Assembly (NCBI GenBank): GCA_964435065.1
Contig: CAYSXS010000004.1
Span: 1 to 55,855 of the forward strand
Source of the DNA: an uncultured Gammaproteobacteria bacterium
GTDB taxonomy: Bacteria; Patescibacteriota; Patescibacteriia; UBA2196
Length of the DNA stretch: 55,855 bases
Direction of reading: 5' to 3'
Below are positions 6,398-16,344 of the stretch, piece by piece. Position 1 is the first letter of the stretch; the number at the start of each line of letters is the position of its first letter. Both the position numbers and the translations under genes were made by a program. Under the pieces are notes generated by a model. It saw nothing but the letters and a program-made list of their open reading frames with translations. It was not told the DNA's origin and did not search any database.

Positions 6398-8206
6398 ATG
6401 CAAGAAGAAAATTTAACACCTGAATTAAACGAATATTCAGTAAAAAGATTTAGTTTTACTAAAAAGCTAGTTATAGGCATAATTATCTTTTTAGTAATCT
6501 TTTTTATTGCTTTAACTGTTTTTGCTTATTGGTTACTCAACTCACAGCAAGGAGAAGAAATAGTTTTAAAACAAGTTAATATTCAGTTACAAGATTTAAA
6601 AGATAATGATTCTAAATATAGTATTAGTGAAGTTAAGGAAACTTCAGAAGATGAATGGTTAGAATACAACCATGATATTTTGGGTATTAAATTTAAATAT
6701 CCAAAAGAATGGGGGAATCCACAAACTAGTCCTTCTACACAGATCACAGATTTAGAAACAATTACATCTAATTTTTATGGGGACAATATATATGTTAACT
6801 CAATATATATTAGTTTTCCTGAATCTGAGACACATGTAAGTATACGTTTGTTTAATGAATATTATGAAGGGGAGACATATACAAGTATTCCATATAGTGT
6901 TATTGATAATGTTAATAAATTAAAAGAAACAAAAAATGTTTGTGACTATAAAATAGATTTAGATAATAAACCAAATCCATTAAATACAGTTAAAGAAATA
7001 TATCAAGATTGTAAAAATGACACCAAAACAATATTAACAGAAGAAATAGAAAATTTTGTTGATTTTCCAGGCCCTAAAAAGAATTTTATTAAATATAGAT
7101 ATAAGTTAAGAACAAGAGCTTTTGGTAAATTACAAAATGGATATTTTGATAATATTCTAACTTCTTTTAATATTCATTCTGGACAGATTGATGATAGATT
7201 AAGTAATCTAGATGAATTTTCTAAAGTCTCTAAAGATTGGGATAAATATTTAGACATTAAAGATGATTTTGTAAAATTTACTAATAGTATAGAATCTTTT
7301 GAACTAGTTACTTTGCCTGAACCTGTTTTTGTAAAGATTCCTGGGGAAAAAGAGGATATTACAACTGTCCGTTGGTACTATTTCTTAATATCCAGTAATA
7401 GATTAGAAGAAGCATATGATATGTATAAAGTTAAGAATGTAGGTCTTGAAGAATACAAAGAATGGTATCAAACCACTTTTTTCATTAACCCATATAGCTT
7501 TGAAAGAATATCAGAGAATAGGTATAGGTTTTTTGTAGATTTACAAGATCATAATCGAAAGATGGAGAAATATAGAGTAACAATGGATGTACAAGACGGA
7601 AAGATAGACACGGTATTATCTGAACAAATTGTTCAAGATTGGGTATATTATGATAACTTATCAGCTTTTATTAAAAAAGTTAATGATATTAATTATGTTG
7701 TCTTAGATTTAGCTGGAGTAGAAGAAAAAATTATTGATCAATCTCCAGAAGTACCTGAAGAACAAAAACCTTGGGCTACACTTAGATTTACTAGTGTAGA
7801 ATTTTCTCCTTCAGGTAAATATTTAACATATAGGACATCTGGATGGGAGTGGGGTGGTTTTAAGGTTTATGATATTCAAAAACAAGATTTTGTGATTGAT
7901 AATTTAGATAGCCCTATTAATTGGTCTTTTATTAATAATGAAGAATATTTATATGCTTGTGCACACAGCATGATGAATGGGACCGTTTATGGGTATGTTT
8001 ATCGTTTGCCAGAATTTGATGTCATATATGATTTATTTGACGACAAAAGCAACGAAGGGTATATGAATTTAAGTTGTGAATATAATAAAGATGAAAATGT
8101 TGTTGGGTACAAGTTATGGGAGAAATATAACTTGGAGACGCAGAAGGTGGATAATGTAGAGAAGACTATAAAATATTCACTTGAATTAGAAAAAGAAATT
8201 GATTAA
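6398..8206 (+). CDS. Membrane-anchored extracellular protein (PsbP-like motif, C-terminal beta-propeller-like region)
   Basis: N-terminal TM; WLEYNHDILGIKFKYPKEW; VEFSPSGKYL beta-propeller-like repeat. Confidence 0.7.
   Translation: MQEENLTPELNEYSVKRFSFTKKLVIGIIIFLVIFFIALTVFAYWLLNSQQGEEIVLKQVNIQLQDLKDNDSKYSISEVKETSEDEWLEYNHDILGIKFKYPKEWGNPQTSPSTQITDLETITSNFYGDNIYVNSIYISFPESETHVSIRLFNEYYEGETYTSIPYSVIDNVNKLKETKNVCDYKIDLDNKPNPLNTVKEIYQDCKNDTKTILTEEIENFVDFPGPKKNFIKYRYKLRTRAFGKLQNGYFDNILTSFNIHSGQIDDRLSNLDEFSKVSKDWDKYLDIKDDFVKFTNSIESFELVTLPEPVFVKIPGEKEDITTVRWYYFLISSNRLEEAYDMYKVKNVGLEEYKEWYQTTFFINPYSFERISENRYRFFVDLQDHNRKMEKYRVTMDVQDGKIDTVLSEQIVQDWVYYDNLSAFIKKVNDINYVVLDLAGVEEKIIDQSPEVPEEQKPWATLRFTSVEFSPSGKYLTYRTSGWEWGGFKVYDIQKQDFVIDNLDSPINWSFINNEEYLYACAHSMMNGTVYGYVYRLPEFDVIYDLFDDKSNEGYMNLSCEYNKDENVVGYKLWEKYNLETQKVDNVEKTIKYSLELEKEID
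8136..8205 (+). repeat. 70-bp direct repeat copy 1 (3' end of the 602-aa gene)
   Basis: 67/70 identical to 9738-9807. Confidence 0.95.
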
Positions 8207-8219
8207 AAGAACATAAGGG

Positions 8220-8249
8220 AACCACTCGTTTTCAAACGAGTGGTTTTTT
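8220..8249 (+). terminator. Intrinsic terminator
   Basis: AACCACTCGTTT-TC-AAACGAGTGGTT followed by a T run. Confidence 0.8.
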
Positions 8250-8403
8250 GATATAATAAAGGTGTAATTAAAGTATATGAAACAAGCTAGCCTTTTAAAA
8301 AAGGGGACTTGATTGATGAACAAGAAATAACCATTATTGAAACATTTTATTAATTTATTTATGTAAATAGTGTCTAAAATTAGCGGATTAATAACTTATC
8401 CAC

Positions 8404-8452
8404 TTGACTTTTTTGTTTAGTTGATATAAACTAAAGGTAAGGTTTAAACTAA
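8404..8452 (+). promoter_or_regulatory. AbiE operon promoter with inverted-repeat operator
   Basis: TTGACT-17-TAAACT overlapped by TTTAGTT-gatata-AACTAAA (8416-8435); second AAACTAA at 8446-8452. Confidence 0.6.
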
Positions 8453-8468
8453 CATGGAGTTCATAACT

Positions 8469-9053
8469 ATGAAAAAAGGTAAATATATTTCTACAATTCT
8501 CAGATCAAAAAAAACTGTTTTTTCATTTAAAGATATAGTGATGTTATGGAGGGATTCTAGTAATGCAGTTAGAGTTAGGATTAATTATTATATTAAAGAT
8601 AACAGTTTGTATCATATACGCAGAGGTCTTTATGCTAAAGATAAAAATTACGATAGATTTGAATTAGCAACTAGAATATTTACACCTGCATATGTGAGTT
8701 TTGAAACAGTTTTAGGACAAGAGGGTATAACATTTCAATATTATGGGCAGATTTTTGTTGCATCATATTTGAGTAGAGAAATAAAATGTGATGGACAAAC
8801 ATATTCTTTTAGAAAAATAAAAGATAAAATTTTAATTAATAAAATAGGGCTAAAAAACAAAGGTGAATATCTAACAGCTTCAAAAGAAAGAGCATTTTTG
8901 GATGTGATGTATATAAACAAGGATTATTATTTTGATAATTTATCACCTCTTGATTGGGATAAAGTTTTTGAAATATTGCCAATATATGATAATAAAAGAA
9001 TGACAAAAAAAGTTAAGGAGATTTTTGAACGTCATAAAGAGGGTAAAAGATAA
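8469..9053 (+). CDS. abiEi: AbiEi-family antitoxin (type IV TA); ORF track start 8454
   Basis: N-terminal wHTH, IRRGLY, PAYVSFETVL, ASKERAFLD motifs; GGAG SD before ATG 8469. Confidence 0.85.
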   Translation: MKKGKYISTILRSKKTVFSFKDIVMLWRDSSNAVRVRINYYIKDNSLYHIRRGLYAKDKNYDRFELATRIFTPAYVSFETVLGQEGITFQYYGQIFVASYLSREIKCDGQTYSFRKIKDKILINKIGLKNKGEYLTASKERAFLDVMYINKDYYFDNLSPLDWDKVFEILPIYDNKRMTKKVKEIFERHKEGKR

Positions 9054-9057
9054 TTTT

Positions 9058-9756
9058 ATGTTATTAAATATTCCAAAACACAAAAATATATTATTTCAAA
9101 TTCTTAAAGATATTTATTCTGATACCAGCATATCTCCGTTTTTAGGCTTTAAAGGTGGAACAGCCGCATATATGTTTCATGATTTATCCCGTTTTTCTGT
9201 TGATCTTGATTTTGATTTATTAAATACTGATGAGGAAGAAAATGTTTTTTCTAGGATAGAAGGTATTGTTAAGAAATATGGACAAATAAAAGAATCAAGA
9301 ATAAAAAGACATAATTTGTTTTTTTTGTTGTCATACGAAGAAAAAGCACAAAATATTAAAGTAGAGATTAATCGTAGGTCATTTGGTTCAGAATATGAGT
9401 TAAAGACATCTTTGGGAGTTTCAATGTTAGTTATGAATAGAGATGACATGTTTGCTCATAAATTGATGGCGATGTATGAAAGAATGGGTAGAAGCAATCG
9501 GGATATTTATGATGTTTGGTTTTTTTTAAAAAATAATTGGCCTATAAATAAAAAAATAGTTATTAATAGATCAGAAGTCTCTTTTGGTAATTTCTTAAAC
9601 AAGTGTATTGGTAAATTAGAGGACATGCCGGAACGTAGTATTTTAAGTGGTATAGGGGAATTATTAGATCAAAAACAAAAGGTGTGGGCAAAAGAACATT
9701 TAAAAGAAGACACAATATTTTTGCTGAGACTTTTGTTAGATGCAGAAGGTGGATAA
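9058..9756 (+). CDS. abiEii: AbiEii-family nucleotidyltransferase toxin (type IV TA); ORF track start 9025
   Basis: FKGGTA...RFSVDLDF, HKLxA, RDIYD motifs. Confidence 0.9.
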   Translation: MLLNIPKHKNILFQILKDIYSDTSISPFLGFKGGTAAYMFHDLSRFSVDLDFDLLNTDEEENVFSRIEGIVKKYGQIKESRIKRHNLFFLLSYEEKAQNIKVEINRRSFGSEYELKTSLGVSMLVMNRDDMFAHKLMAMYERMGRSNRDIYDVWFFLKNNWPINKKIVINRSEVSFGNFLNKCIGKLEDMPERSILSGIGELLDQKQKVWAKEHLKEDTIFLLRLLLDAEGG

Positions 9757-9807
9757 TATAGAGAAGACTATAAAATATTCACTTGAATTAGAAAAAAAAA
9801 TTGATTA
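9738..9807 (+). repeat. 70-bp direct repeat copy 2 (supplies the AbiEii stop codon)
   Basis: Offset 1602 bp from copy 1; 3 mismatches. Confidence 0.95.
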
Positions 9808-9895
9808 GAATTGACAAAACAAATTGATTCTATTAATATACAAATAAATAAAAGTATAGTAAATTGTTTTTCAAATCATTACATGGAGGTGCATT

Positions 9896-10306
9896 TTGTA
9901 TTATAATATCGTAGTACAACGACCTACAAAAGGGAAAAAAGTAGTGGTTCTGGATAAAAGAGGAAATAGACTCTTTTATTTAACCGACACCCATTGGATT
10001 CCTATTGGAGGGAAACCACAGTTGTTGCTTACTTTGGAGGCAGCACCAGTGGTTGTAGAGCGAAAACCAAATATAGAAGATGGATTTTTGTCACAAAGAA
10101 AAACATCAAGGGTTGTTGAGACAGAATCTGGCTCTGAAATAAAATATTATGATTTGCCTAAAGTCAAAGATATCGATGGTGAATGTTCGGAGTGTCATAA
10201 ATATCCAAATTTTGGAACACAAAAAAAATTAACAGATTTGGGTATGAAAGATATTATTGAATGTTCAGAGTGCGGACAATTAATGCGACCATATTATTTG
10301 GATTGA
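9896..10306 (+). CDS. Orphan hypothetical protein with C-terminal CxxC...CxxC zinc finger
   Basis: TTG start, GGAGG SD, upstream TTGACA at 9811, downstream terminator; CSEC twice. Confidence 0.7.
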   Translation: MYYNIVVQRPTKGKKVVVLDKRGNRLFYLTDTHWIPIGGKPQLLLTLEAAPVVVERKPNIEDGFLSQRKTSRVVETESGSEIKYYDLPKVKDIDGECSECHKYPNFGTQKKLTDLGMKDIIECSECGQLMRPYYLD

Positions 10307-10405
10307 AAAAAAGATCTTTTTTAGTAAATGGCAAGAGAGCAAGTAGCTTGCCATTTTTTTTATTCCATTTTTTTGATATAATAAATATGTAATTAATATA
10401 ATAGG

Positions 10406-11161
10406 ATGGCACGAATAATTTCAATAATGAATCAAAAGGGTGGAGTTGGAAAAACTACCACTGCTGTTAACCTTGCTAGCTATTTAGCTAAGTTGGGAAA
10501 GAGAGTTTTGTTGGTGGATTTAGACCCTCAAGCTAATGCTACTTCTGGTGTTGGTATTGATTACAATAATATTCCATTTGGATTGTATGAAGTTTTGATG
10601 GGTCCTAATTCATTACATGATGTAAAACAAGCAACGGCTATACCTAATTTAAATTTAGTACCATCTAGTCAAAATTTAGCTGGTGCAAATATTGAATTAG
10701 CAGGGCATGCTGAAAGAGAGTTTAGATTACATAATGAATTAGAAGATGTAAAATATGATTTTGACTATATCATAATAGATTCCCCACCATCTTTAGGGTT
10801 ATTAACAATAAACGGGTTAGTAGCTGCTAATGAGATTTTAATCCCTGTTCAATGTGAATATTATGCCTTAGAGGGCTTAGGACAGTTATTAAATACAGTC
10901 AATTTAATTAAAGAACATATTAAACAAGATATTCAAGTATTAGGAGCTGTTATGACTATGTATGATGAACGTAGTAAATTATCTAAAGAAATATTTAATG
11001 AGTTATATAGATATTTTCCTCATAAAATATTTAGAACTGTCATACCTAGAAATGCTAAATTAGCAGAAGCTCCATCTTTTGGTAAATCAATCTTACATTT
11101 TGATCCACAAGGTGGTGGAGCTAAAGCGTATGACAGGTTAGCTAGGGAAATAGATTATTAA
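10406..11161 (+). CDS. parA: Chromosome partitioning ATPase ParA/Soj
   Basis: NQKGGVGKTTT, DLDPQANAT, IDSPPSLG, EYYALEG; adjacent parB. Confidence 0.95.
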   Translation: MARIISIMNQKGGVGKTTTAVNLASYLAKLGKRVLLVDLDPQANATSGVGIDYNNIPFGLYEVLMGPNSLHDVKQATAIPNLNLVPSSQNLAGANIELAGHAEREFRLHNELEDVKYDFDYIIIDSPPSLGLLTINGLVAANEILIPVQCEYYALEGLGQLLNTVNLIKEHIKQDIQVLGAVMTMYDERSKLSKEIFNELYRYFPHKIFRTVIPRNAKLAEAPSFGKSILHFDPQGGGAKAYDRLAREIDY

Positions 11162-11170
11162 TCAAACAAT

Positions 11171-12070
11171 ATGGTAGATCAAAATAAATCACTAGGTAAA
11201 GGGCTTTCATCTTTAATATCTGGCCAAGCAACAGGTCAGAATATTAGTTCTAATTTAAAGACCCCATATTTTCCTAAAAAAACTGGCAACCAGGCTGGCC
11301 AAGTTATGTATTTAGATCCGAATAAGATAAAAACAAATCCTCATCAGCCAAGAACAGAGTTTAAAGAAAATGCTTTGAATGAATTAGTTGAATCAGTTAA
11401 AATGCATGGAATTATTCAACCGTTAGTGGTTACAACAGTCTTAGGAGGTGGATATGAGTTAATAGCTGGTGAAAGACGTTTAAGAGCTTCTAAAAGAGCT
11501 GGGTTAACTGTTGTACCTGTTATTGTTAGAACAGTTAAAGAATTAGAGAAATTAGAGCTATCCTTAATTGAAAATATTCAAAGACATGATTTGAATGCAA
11601 TGGAAAAAGCTAATAGTTACAAAAAGTTGACTGATGAGTTTAGTTTAACCCATGAAGATGCTGCTAAACGTTTAGGTATTTCACGTCCTCAATTCAGTAA
11701 TTTTATTAGACTCCTATCTCTACCAGAAGAAGCTCAACTAGGCATTGCTAGTGGAAAGATTAGTTTAGGACAAGCTAAAGTAATGCTTGAGGTTAAAGAT
11801 GAGAAAAAACAAAAGCAGATATATCAGAAAGCTGTTACTACAGATCAAACTGTAGCTGATACGCAAAAAGAAGTCAGAAAGGTAAAAGTAAAGAATTATG
11901 AAAGAAGAATAAAAAAAGACCCCCAAATTACAGAGTGGGAGAATAATATGCAGGGTGAATTAGGCACCAGGGTTAGAATTAGAGAAAGAGGCAAGCAGGG
12001 TGGTTTGATTGAGATTGAATTTTATTCAGAAGAAGAATTAAAAGCTTTAGTAAACAAGATATCTTCTTAA
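11171..12070 (+). CDS. parB: Chromosome partitioning protein ParB/Spo0J
   Basis: LGKGLSSL, NPHQPR, IAGERRLRA, ENIQRHDL. Confidence 0.95.
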   Translation: MVDQNKSLGKGLSSLISGQATGQNISSNLKTPYFPKKTGNQAGQVMYLDPNKIKTNPHQPRTEFKENALNELVESVKMHGIIQPLVVTTVLGGGYELIAGERRLRASKRAGLTVVPVIVRTVKELEKLELSLIENIQRHDLNAMEKANSYKKLTDEFSLTHEDAAKRLGISRPQFSNFIRLLSLPEEAQLGIASGKISLGQAKVMLEVKDEKKQKQIYQKAVTTDQTVADTQKEVRKVKVKNYERRIKKDPQITEWENNMQGELGTRVRIRERGKQGGLIEIEFYSEEELKALVNKISS

Positions 12071-13533
12071 TTATTAAATAACTTAAAGATATTTATTTTC
12101 TTTTGTTTTCTAAAATAACTTTTTATCTTATTCTTTGCTAAATGTGTTTGTGCAAAACGGAGCCATTCTTCAGATGGTCCTTTTCTTTTTTTATCAATTA
12201 ATATTTCTACAATATCACCATTCTTTAAAGCTGTTGTTAAAGTTATTTTTTTATCATTAACTTTAGCTCCCATACATTTATTGCCCACATCTGTATGGAT
12301 ATGGTAAGCAAAATCTACAGGAGTTGCTCCTTCAGGTAAATCAATTACATCACCTTTAGGCGTTGAAACAAATATTCTATTCTTAAAGAAATCTAATTTT
12401 AATGTTTTTAAGTAACTTTTAGGAGATGTTACTTTTTTTTGTTCCTCAAGTAGATCTTTAATCCATTTTAACTTTTGTGTTGGTATTTTAAAATCTTCTT
12501 TGTCATCTTTATATGCCCAGTGAGCAGCAATACCCAATTCTGCTTCTTCGTGCATTTCTTTTGTTCTAATTTGAAATTCAGTTATTCTTCCGTCTGGACC
12601 AAATACGGTAGTATGCAGTGTTTGATAACCATTTGGTTTTGGTTGAGAGATGTAGTCTTTAACCCTTCCTTTAACAGGAACCCACAGTTTATGTATATGC
12701 CCTAAAGTTGTATAACAGTCTTCTAGTGTTTTAACAATAATACGTAAAGCAACAATATCATAGACTTTATCAATATTCATTTCTTTTCTCATTGTTTTTT
12801 GATATAGGGAATAGTATCTTTTAGCTCTACCTTCGGTTTTAATTAACTGAACGTTAGAGTTTTCTTTTAAATCTTTATTAACAATTTTACTAACTTGTTC
12901 TGTAAATCTTTTTTGTTCTTCATATTTCTTTTCTGAAATTTCTTTTATCCATTCATATTCTTCAGGATATACATATGGGAAAGAAAGATCTTCTAATTCT
13001 CCTTTAAATTCTTCCATTCCTAATCTACCAGCAATTGGTGCATAAATTTCTAAACTTTCACGAGCAATTCTTTGTTGTTTGACAGGCGGTAGGGCATAGA
13101 GAGTTTTTAGATTATGGATTCTATCAGCGAACTTAATAAAAATGACTCTAACATCTTCTGCCATAGCAACAAACATTTTTCTTAAATTTTCTGCATATCT
13201 TTCTAATCCACGGTATTTAATTGTTCCTAATTTAGTAATACCTGTAACCAGATTAGCAATTTCTTTACCAAACACTTCTTCAACATCTTCTAAAGTTTTT
13301 TCTGTATCTTCAGGCACATCGTGCAATATACCAGCAGTGATGGTCTCGAGGTCTAAATTAATTTGAGCCAGCTTATATGCAGTTTCTAAAGGATGTTGAA
13401 TATATTCCTCACCAGTCATTCGGGGCTGTCCTGTGTGAGCTTTTTGAGCAAAATTGTAAGCTGCTTTAATAATGCCAACCTCTGCTTCAGGGTGATTCTT
13501 TTTAATAGTTTCAATTATACGGTCTATGGTCAT
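12067..13533 (-). CDS. relA: RelA/SpoT homologue (HD hydrolase, synthetase, TGS), short form
   Basis: AHTGQPRMTGEEYIQHP, HDVPED, KPNGYQTLHT, EFQIRT, TPVDFAYHIH. Confidence 0.92.
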   Translation of the reverse strand: MTIDRIIETIKKNHPEAEVGIIKAAYNFAQKAHTGQPRMTGEEYIQHPLETAYKLAQINLDLETITAGILHDVPEDTEKTLEDVEEVFGKEIANLVTGITKLGTIKYRGLERYAENLRKMFVAMAEDVRVIFIKFADRIHNLKTLYALPPVKQQRIARESLEIYAPIAGRLGMEEFKGELEDLSFPYVYPEEYEWIKEISEKKYEEQKRFTEQVSKIVNKDLKENSNVQLIKTEGRAKRYYSLYQKTMRKEMNIDKVYDIVALRIIVKTLEDCYTTLGHIHKLWVPVKGRVKDYISQPKPNGYQTLHTTVFGPDGRITEFQIRTKEMHEEAELGIAAHWAYKDDKEDFKIPTQKLKWIKDLLEEQKKVTSPKSYLKTLKLDFFKNRIFVSTPKGDVIDLPEGATPVDFAYHIHTDVGNKCMGAKVNDKKITLTTALKNGDIVEILIDKKRKGPSEEWLRFAQTHLAKNKIKSYFRKQKKINIFKLFNN

Positions 13534-13645
13534 GTTTATCTAGTGTTGATGAAATAATATATTATTGTTGACGTTTATTATGTAGAATGTTAGATTTAAT
13601 TCTAAAAATTAATAATAATAAATACAAACTCAAGGGAGGAATATT

Positions 13646-13978
13646 ATGCGTTTAATAGTCTATGATTTTATTGCGGATGCTTTGCTTGAAATGAGAACTG
13701 TTAGTAAGGAGTTTGATGAGTTTTATGAAAAAGCGCCCGATAAAGCTATTAAAGATATGGGTGTTTTATACAACGATGAAGCTAATATCAGGCTCTTTTG
13801 TAGTGTTATAAACTTCAAAAGCGATGGAGACATCGTTATTGAAAAAGCAAATCCGGATAATTTTTCTACAGAGTTTGGACAGAGTAAACATTTCAAACTC
13901 ATGCATAAAGATGGACGAGTGAGATATTTTTCACTTTTACCTGAATTTCCGTTTATTCATTTTGAAAAAAGTGAATAA
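13646..13978 (+). CDS. Orphan hypothetical protein
   Basis: TTGACG-17-TAGATT promoter (13568-13596), GGGAGG SD, terminator ~13990-14025. Confidence 0.7.
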   Translation: MRLIVYDFIADALLEMRTVSKEFDEFYEKAPDKAIKDMGVLYNDEANIRLFCSVINFKSDGDIVIEKANPDNFSTEFGQSKHFKLMHKDGRVRYFSLLPEFPFIHFEKSE

Positions 13979-14027
13979 ACACAGTTTTTAATCCTTGCCT
14001 GAGAAGAAATATTAGGCAAGGATTTTA

Positions 14028-16307
14028 TTATTTCACCTCCTCCGTATATTTACACTCTTTGGCAGAGCATTTAATCTTGTTTTCACCAGCTTCAACTAAC
14101 AGAGCTTTACATTTAGGACATTCTCTTCCTTTTCCTTTGTTCTTTTCATCTTGGACTGGTTTTTGCCATAGAGCAAAATTACAGTTTGGATATTCTGAAC
14201 AACCATAGAAAACTCTTTTTGATCTAGTCTTTCTCATCATTATCTTACCTTTTTCACATTGTGGACAATTTACACCAGTTGAAAAGTTATTCTTAATATA
14301 TTTACAGTCTGGATAACCAGAGCAAGCTAAAAATTTTCCAAAACGACTTTGTTTAACAACTAATTCTTTTTTACATTCTGGACATTTTTCTCCTTCTGGA
14401 TTTAATTCTTCAGCTTCTTCTTTAAGTTCTTTTTCGTCTTTTGGTAGATTTTTAATGTTTCTACATTTTGGAAATCCAGAGCAAGCTAAGAATTTTCCAT
14501 AGCGACCAATTTTAACAGCCATTGGTTCGCCACATTTATCACAGACTTCATCTGTTTTTTCGTCAATTAAGTCTTCTTTGTTGATTTCTTTTTCTTTTGT
14601 TTTTAAGTTTTCTTTAAAAGGCATATAGAATTCTTTAATTAATGGTTGCCACTCAAGTTTACCTTGAGCGATTTCATCAAATTGATCTTCCATTTTAGCA
14701 GTAAATTTGTAATCTGCTATTTCAGGAAAATGTTTGACTAAAAGTTTAGTAACAACAAAAGCAATATCTTGTGGTGCAAATTTTTTACCATCTCTTTTTA
14801 CATAACCACGATTGATAATTGTTGATATTGTAGGGGAATATGTTGAAGGTCTTCCAATACCTAATTCTTCCATAGCTTTAACTAAGGTAGCATCTGTATA
14901 TCTAGCAGGTGGTTCTGTAAAGTGTTGTAATGGTTCTAATTTCTTTAAATTTAATTTCTGTTTTTCTTTTAAGTCTGGAAGTAAAGAATCTTTTGATAGA
15001 CTAGAATAAACCTTTAAGAAACCATCAAAGATTAAAATACTGCCTGTTGCCCTGAAAAGATATTGTTGGTTTTTAATATCTACAGTAGTTGCGTCAAAAG
15101 AAGCAGAGCTCATTTGGCAGGCCATAGCTCTTTGCCAGATTAGTTGATAAAGCTTAAATTGATTAGAATTTAAATCTTTTTTAATATTTTCTGGTGAAAA
15201 ACTTGCATGTGTTGGACGAACAGCTTCATGAGCTTCTTGAGCTAATTTAGATTTTGTCTTATATACATTATCTTTAGCTGGTAAGTATTTATCTCCAAAA
15301 GTTGATTTAATATATTCTTTAGCTTCACCAATAAATTTATCTGATAAGTTAACAGAATCTGTACGCATGTAAGTAATCAAACCAATTTGTTCTTTACCGC
15401 CCAACTCGATACCCTCATAAAGCTGTTGAGCAATCATCATTGTTTGTTTGGCTGAGAAACCTAATTTTTTAACAGCTTCTTGTTGCATGGTTGAAGTGGT
15501 AAAAGGGGCTAAAGGATTTTTTGAACTTTTCTTCTTTTCTACTTTTTCAATAACAAAGTTTCCTTTTTTAACTTCTTTTTCAATTTCTTTAGCTTTCTTT
15601 TCGTTCTTAATATGGAATTTATCCATTACTTTATCATCTATCTTATACAATTTTGAAATAAAAGAATCTTTTGGTTTTTTCTCTGGGTTAAGTTCAGCTT
15701 CTACACTCCAGTATTCTTCTGGTTTGAATTTTTTAATTTCGTTTTCACGTTCAACAATCAAACGTACAGCTGCTGACTGAACACGTCCAGCAGATAAACC
15801 TTTGGCTACTTTTTTCCAAAGAAAAGGGGATAGTTCATAACCAACAAGTCTATCCAATATTCTACGTGCCTGTTGAGCGTCCACTAAGTGTTGGTCTATT
15901 TCTTTCGGGTGTTTTAAAGCTTCTTTGATAGCATGTTCTGTAATTTCGTGGAAAACAATTCTTTTGAACTCAAAAGAATTGTTATGCTTTCCATCATCAT
16001 CTCCATCTAGAATATATTGGAGATGCCAAGCAATAGCTTCTCCTTCACGATCAGCATCAGGTGCAAAATATATTGTTTTGGTTTTTTTAGCTTGTTTCTT
16101 AATTTCTGCTACATTCTTTTTTGCTTTAGGAGGAATAACATATTTTGGTTCAAAATCATTTTCCATATCAATACCCATTTCTTTGGTGGGTAAATCTCTA
16201 ATATGGCCATATGATGATAGAACGATATATTCATCACCTAGGAAGCGAGAAATTGTTTTTGCTTTAGCAGGAGACTCTACTATAACAAGGGATTTTTTTT
16301 TAGGCAT
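14028..16307 (-). CDS. topA: DNA topoisomerase I with C-terminal zinc ribbons
   Basis: IVESPAKAKTI, DADREGEAIAWH, SAGRVQS, ITYMRTDS, C4 repeats. Confidence 0.98.
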   Translation of the reverse strand: MPKKKSLVIVESPAKAKTISRFLGDEYIVLSSYGHIRDLPTKEMGIDMENDFEPKYVIPPKAKKNVAEIKKQAKKTKTIYFAPDADREGEAIAWHLQYILDGDDDGKHNNSFEFKRIVFHEITEHAIKEALKHPKEIDQHLVDAQQARRILDRLVGYELSPFLWKKVAKGLSAGRVQSAAVRLIVERENEIKKFKPEEYWSVEAELNPEKKPKDSFISKLYKIDDKVMDKFHIKNEKKAKEIEKEVKKGNFVIEKVEKKKSSKNPLAPFTTSTMQQEAVKKLGFSAKQTMMIAQQLYEGIELGGKEQIGLITYMRTDSVNLSDKFIGEAKEYIKSTFGDKYLPAKDNVYKTKSKLAQEAHEAVRPTHASFSPENIKKDLNSNQFKLYQLIWQRAMACQMSSASFDATTVDIKNQQYLFRATGSILIFDGFLKVYSSLSKDSLLPDLKEKQKLNLKKLEPLQHFTEPPARYTDATLVKAMEELGIGRPSTYSPTISTIINRGYVKRDGKKFAPQDIAFVVTKLLVKHFPEIADYKFTAKMEDQFDEIAQGKLEWQPLIKEFYMPFKENLKTKEKEINKEDLIDEKTDEVCDKCGEPMAVKIGRYGKFLACSGFPKCRNIKNLPKDEKELKEEAEELNPEGEKCPECKKELVVKQSRFGKFLACSGYPDCKYIKNNFSTGVNCPQCEKGKIMMRKTRSKRVFYGCSEYPNCNFALWQKPVQDEKNKGKGRECPKCKALLVEAGENKIKCSAKECKYTEEVK

Positions 16308-16344
16308 ATATGTAATGTTTAATTAATTTCAGTGTACAATATTT

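Noticed and set aside
8277-8353. Short frames after the terminator (MKQASLLKKGT*, FKKGDLIDEQEITIIETFY*)
   Set aside because: Too short and broken to call; at most a gene remnant.
4293-9807. Integron-like cassette array
   Set aside because: No integrase, no attC-type GTTRRRY/RYYYAAC sites, and the two repeat pairs are unrelated to each other.
10300-12100. parS site near parAB
   Set aside because: No match to the TGTTTCACGTGAAACA-type palindrome found by eye; GTTTTCACGTTCAAC in topA is a poor, coding match.
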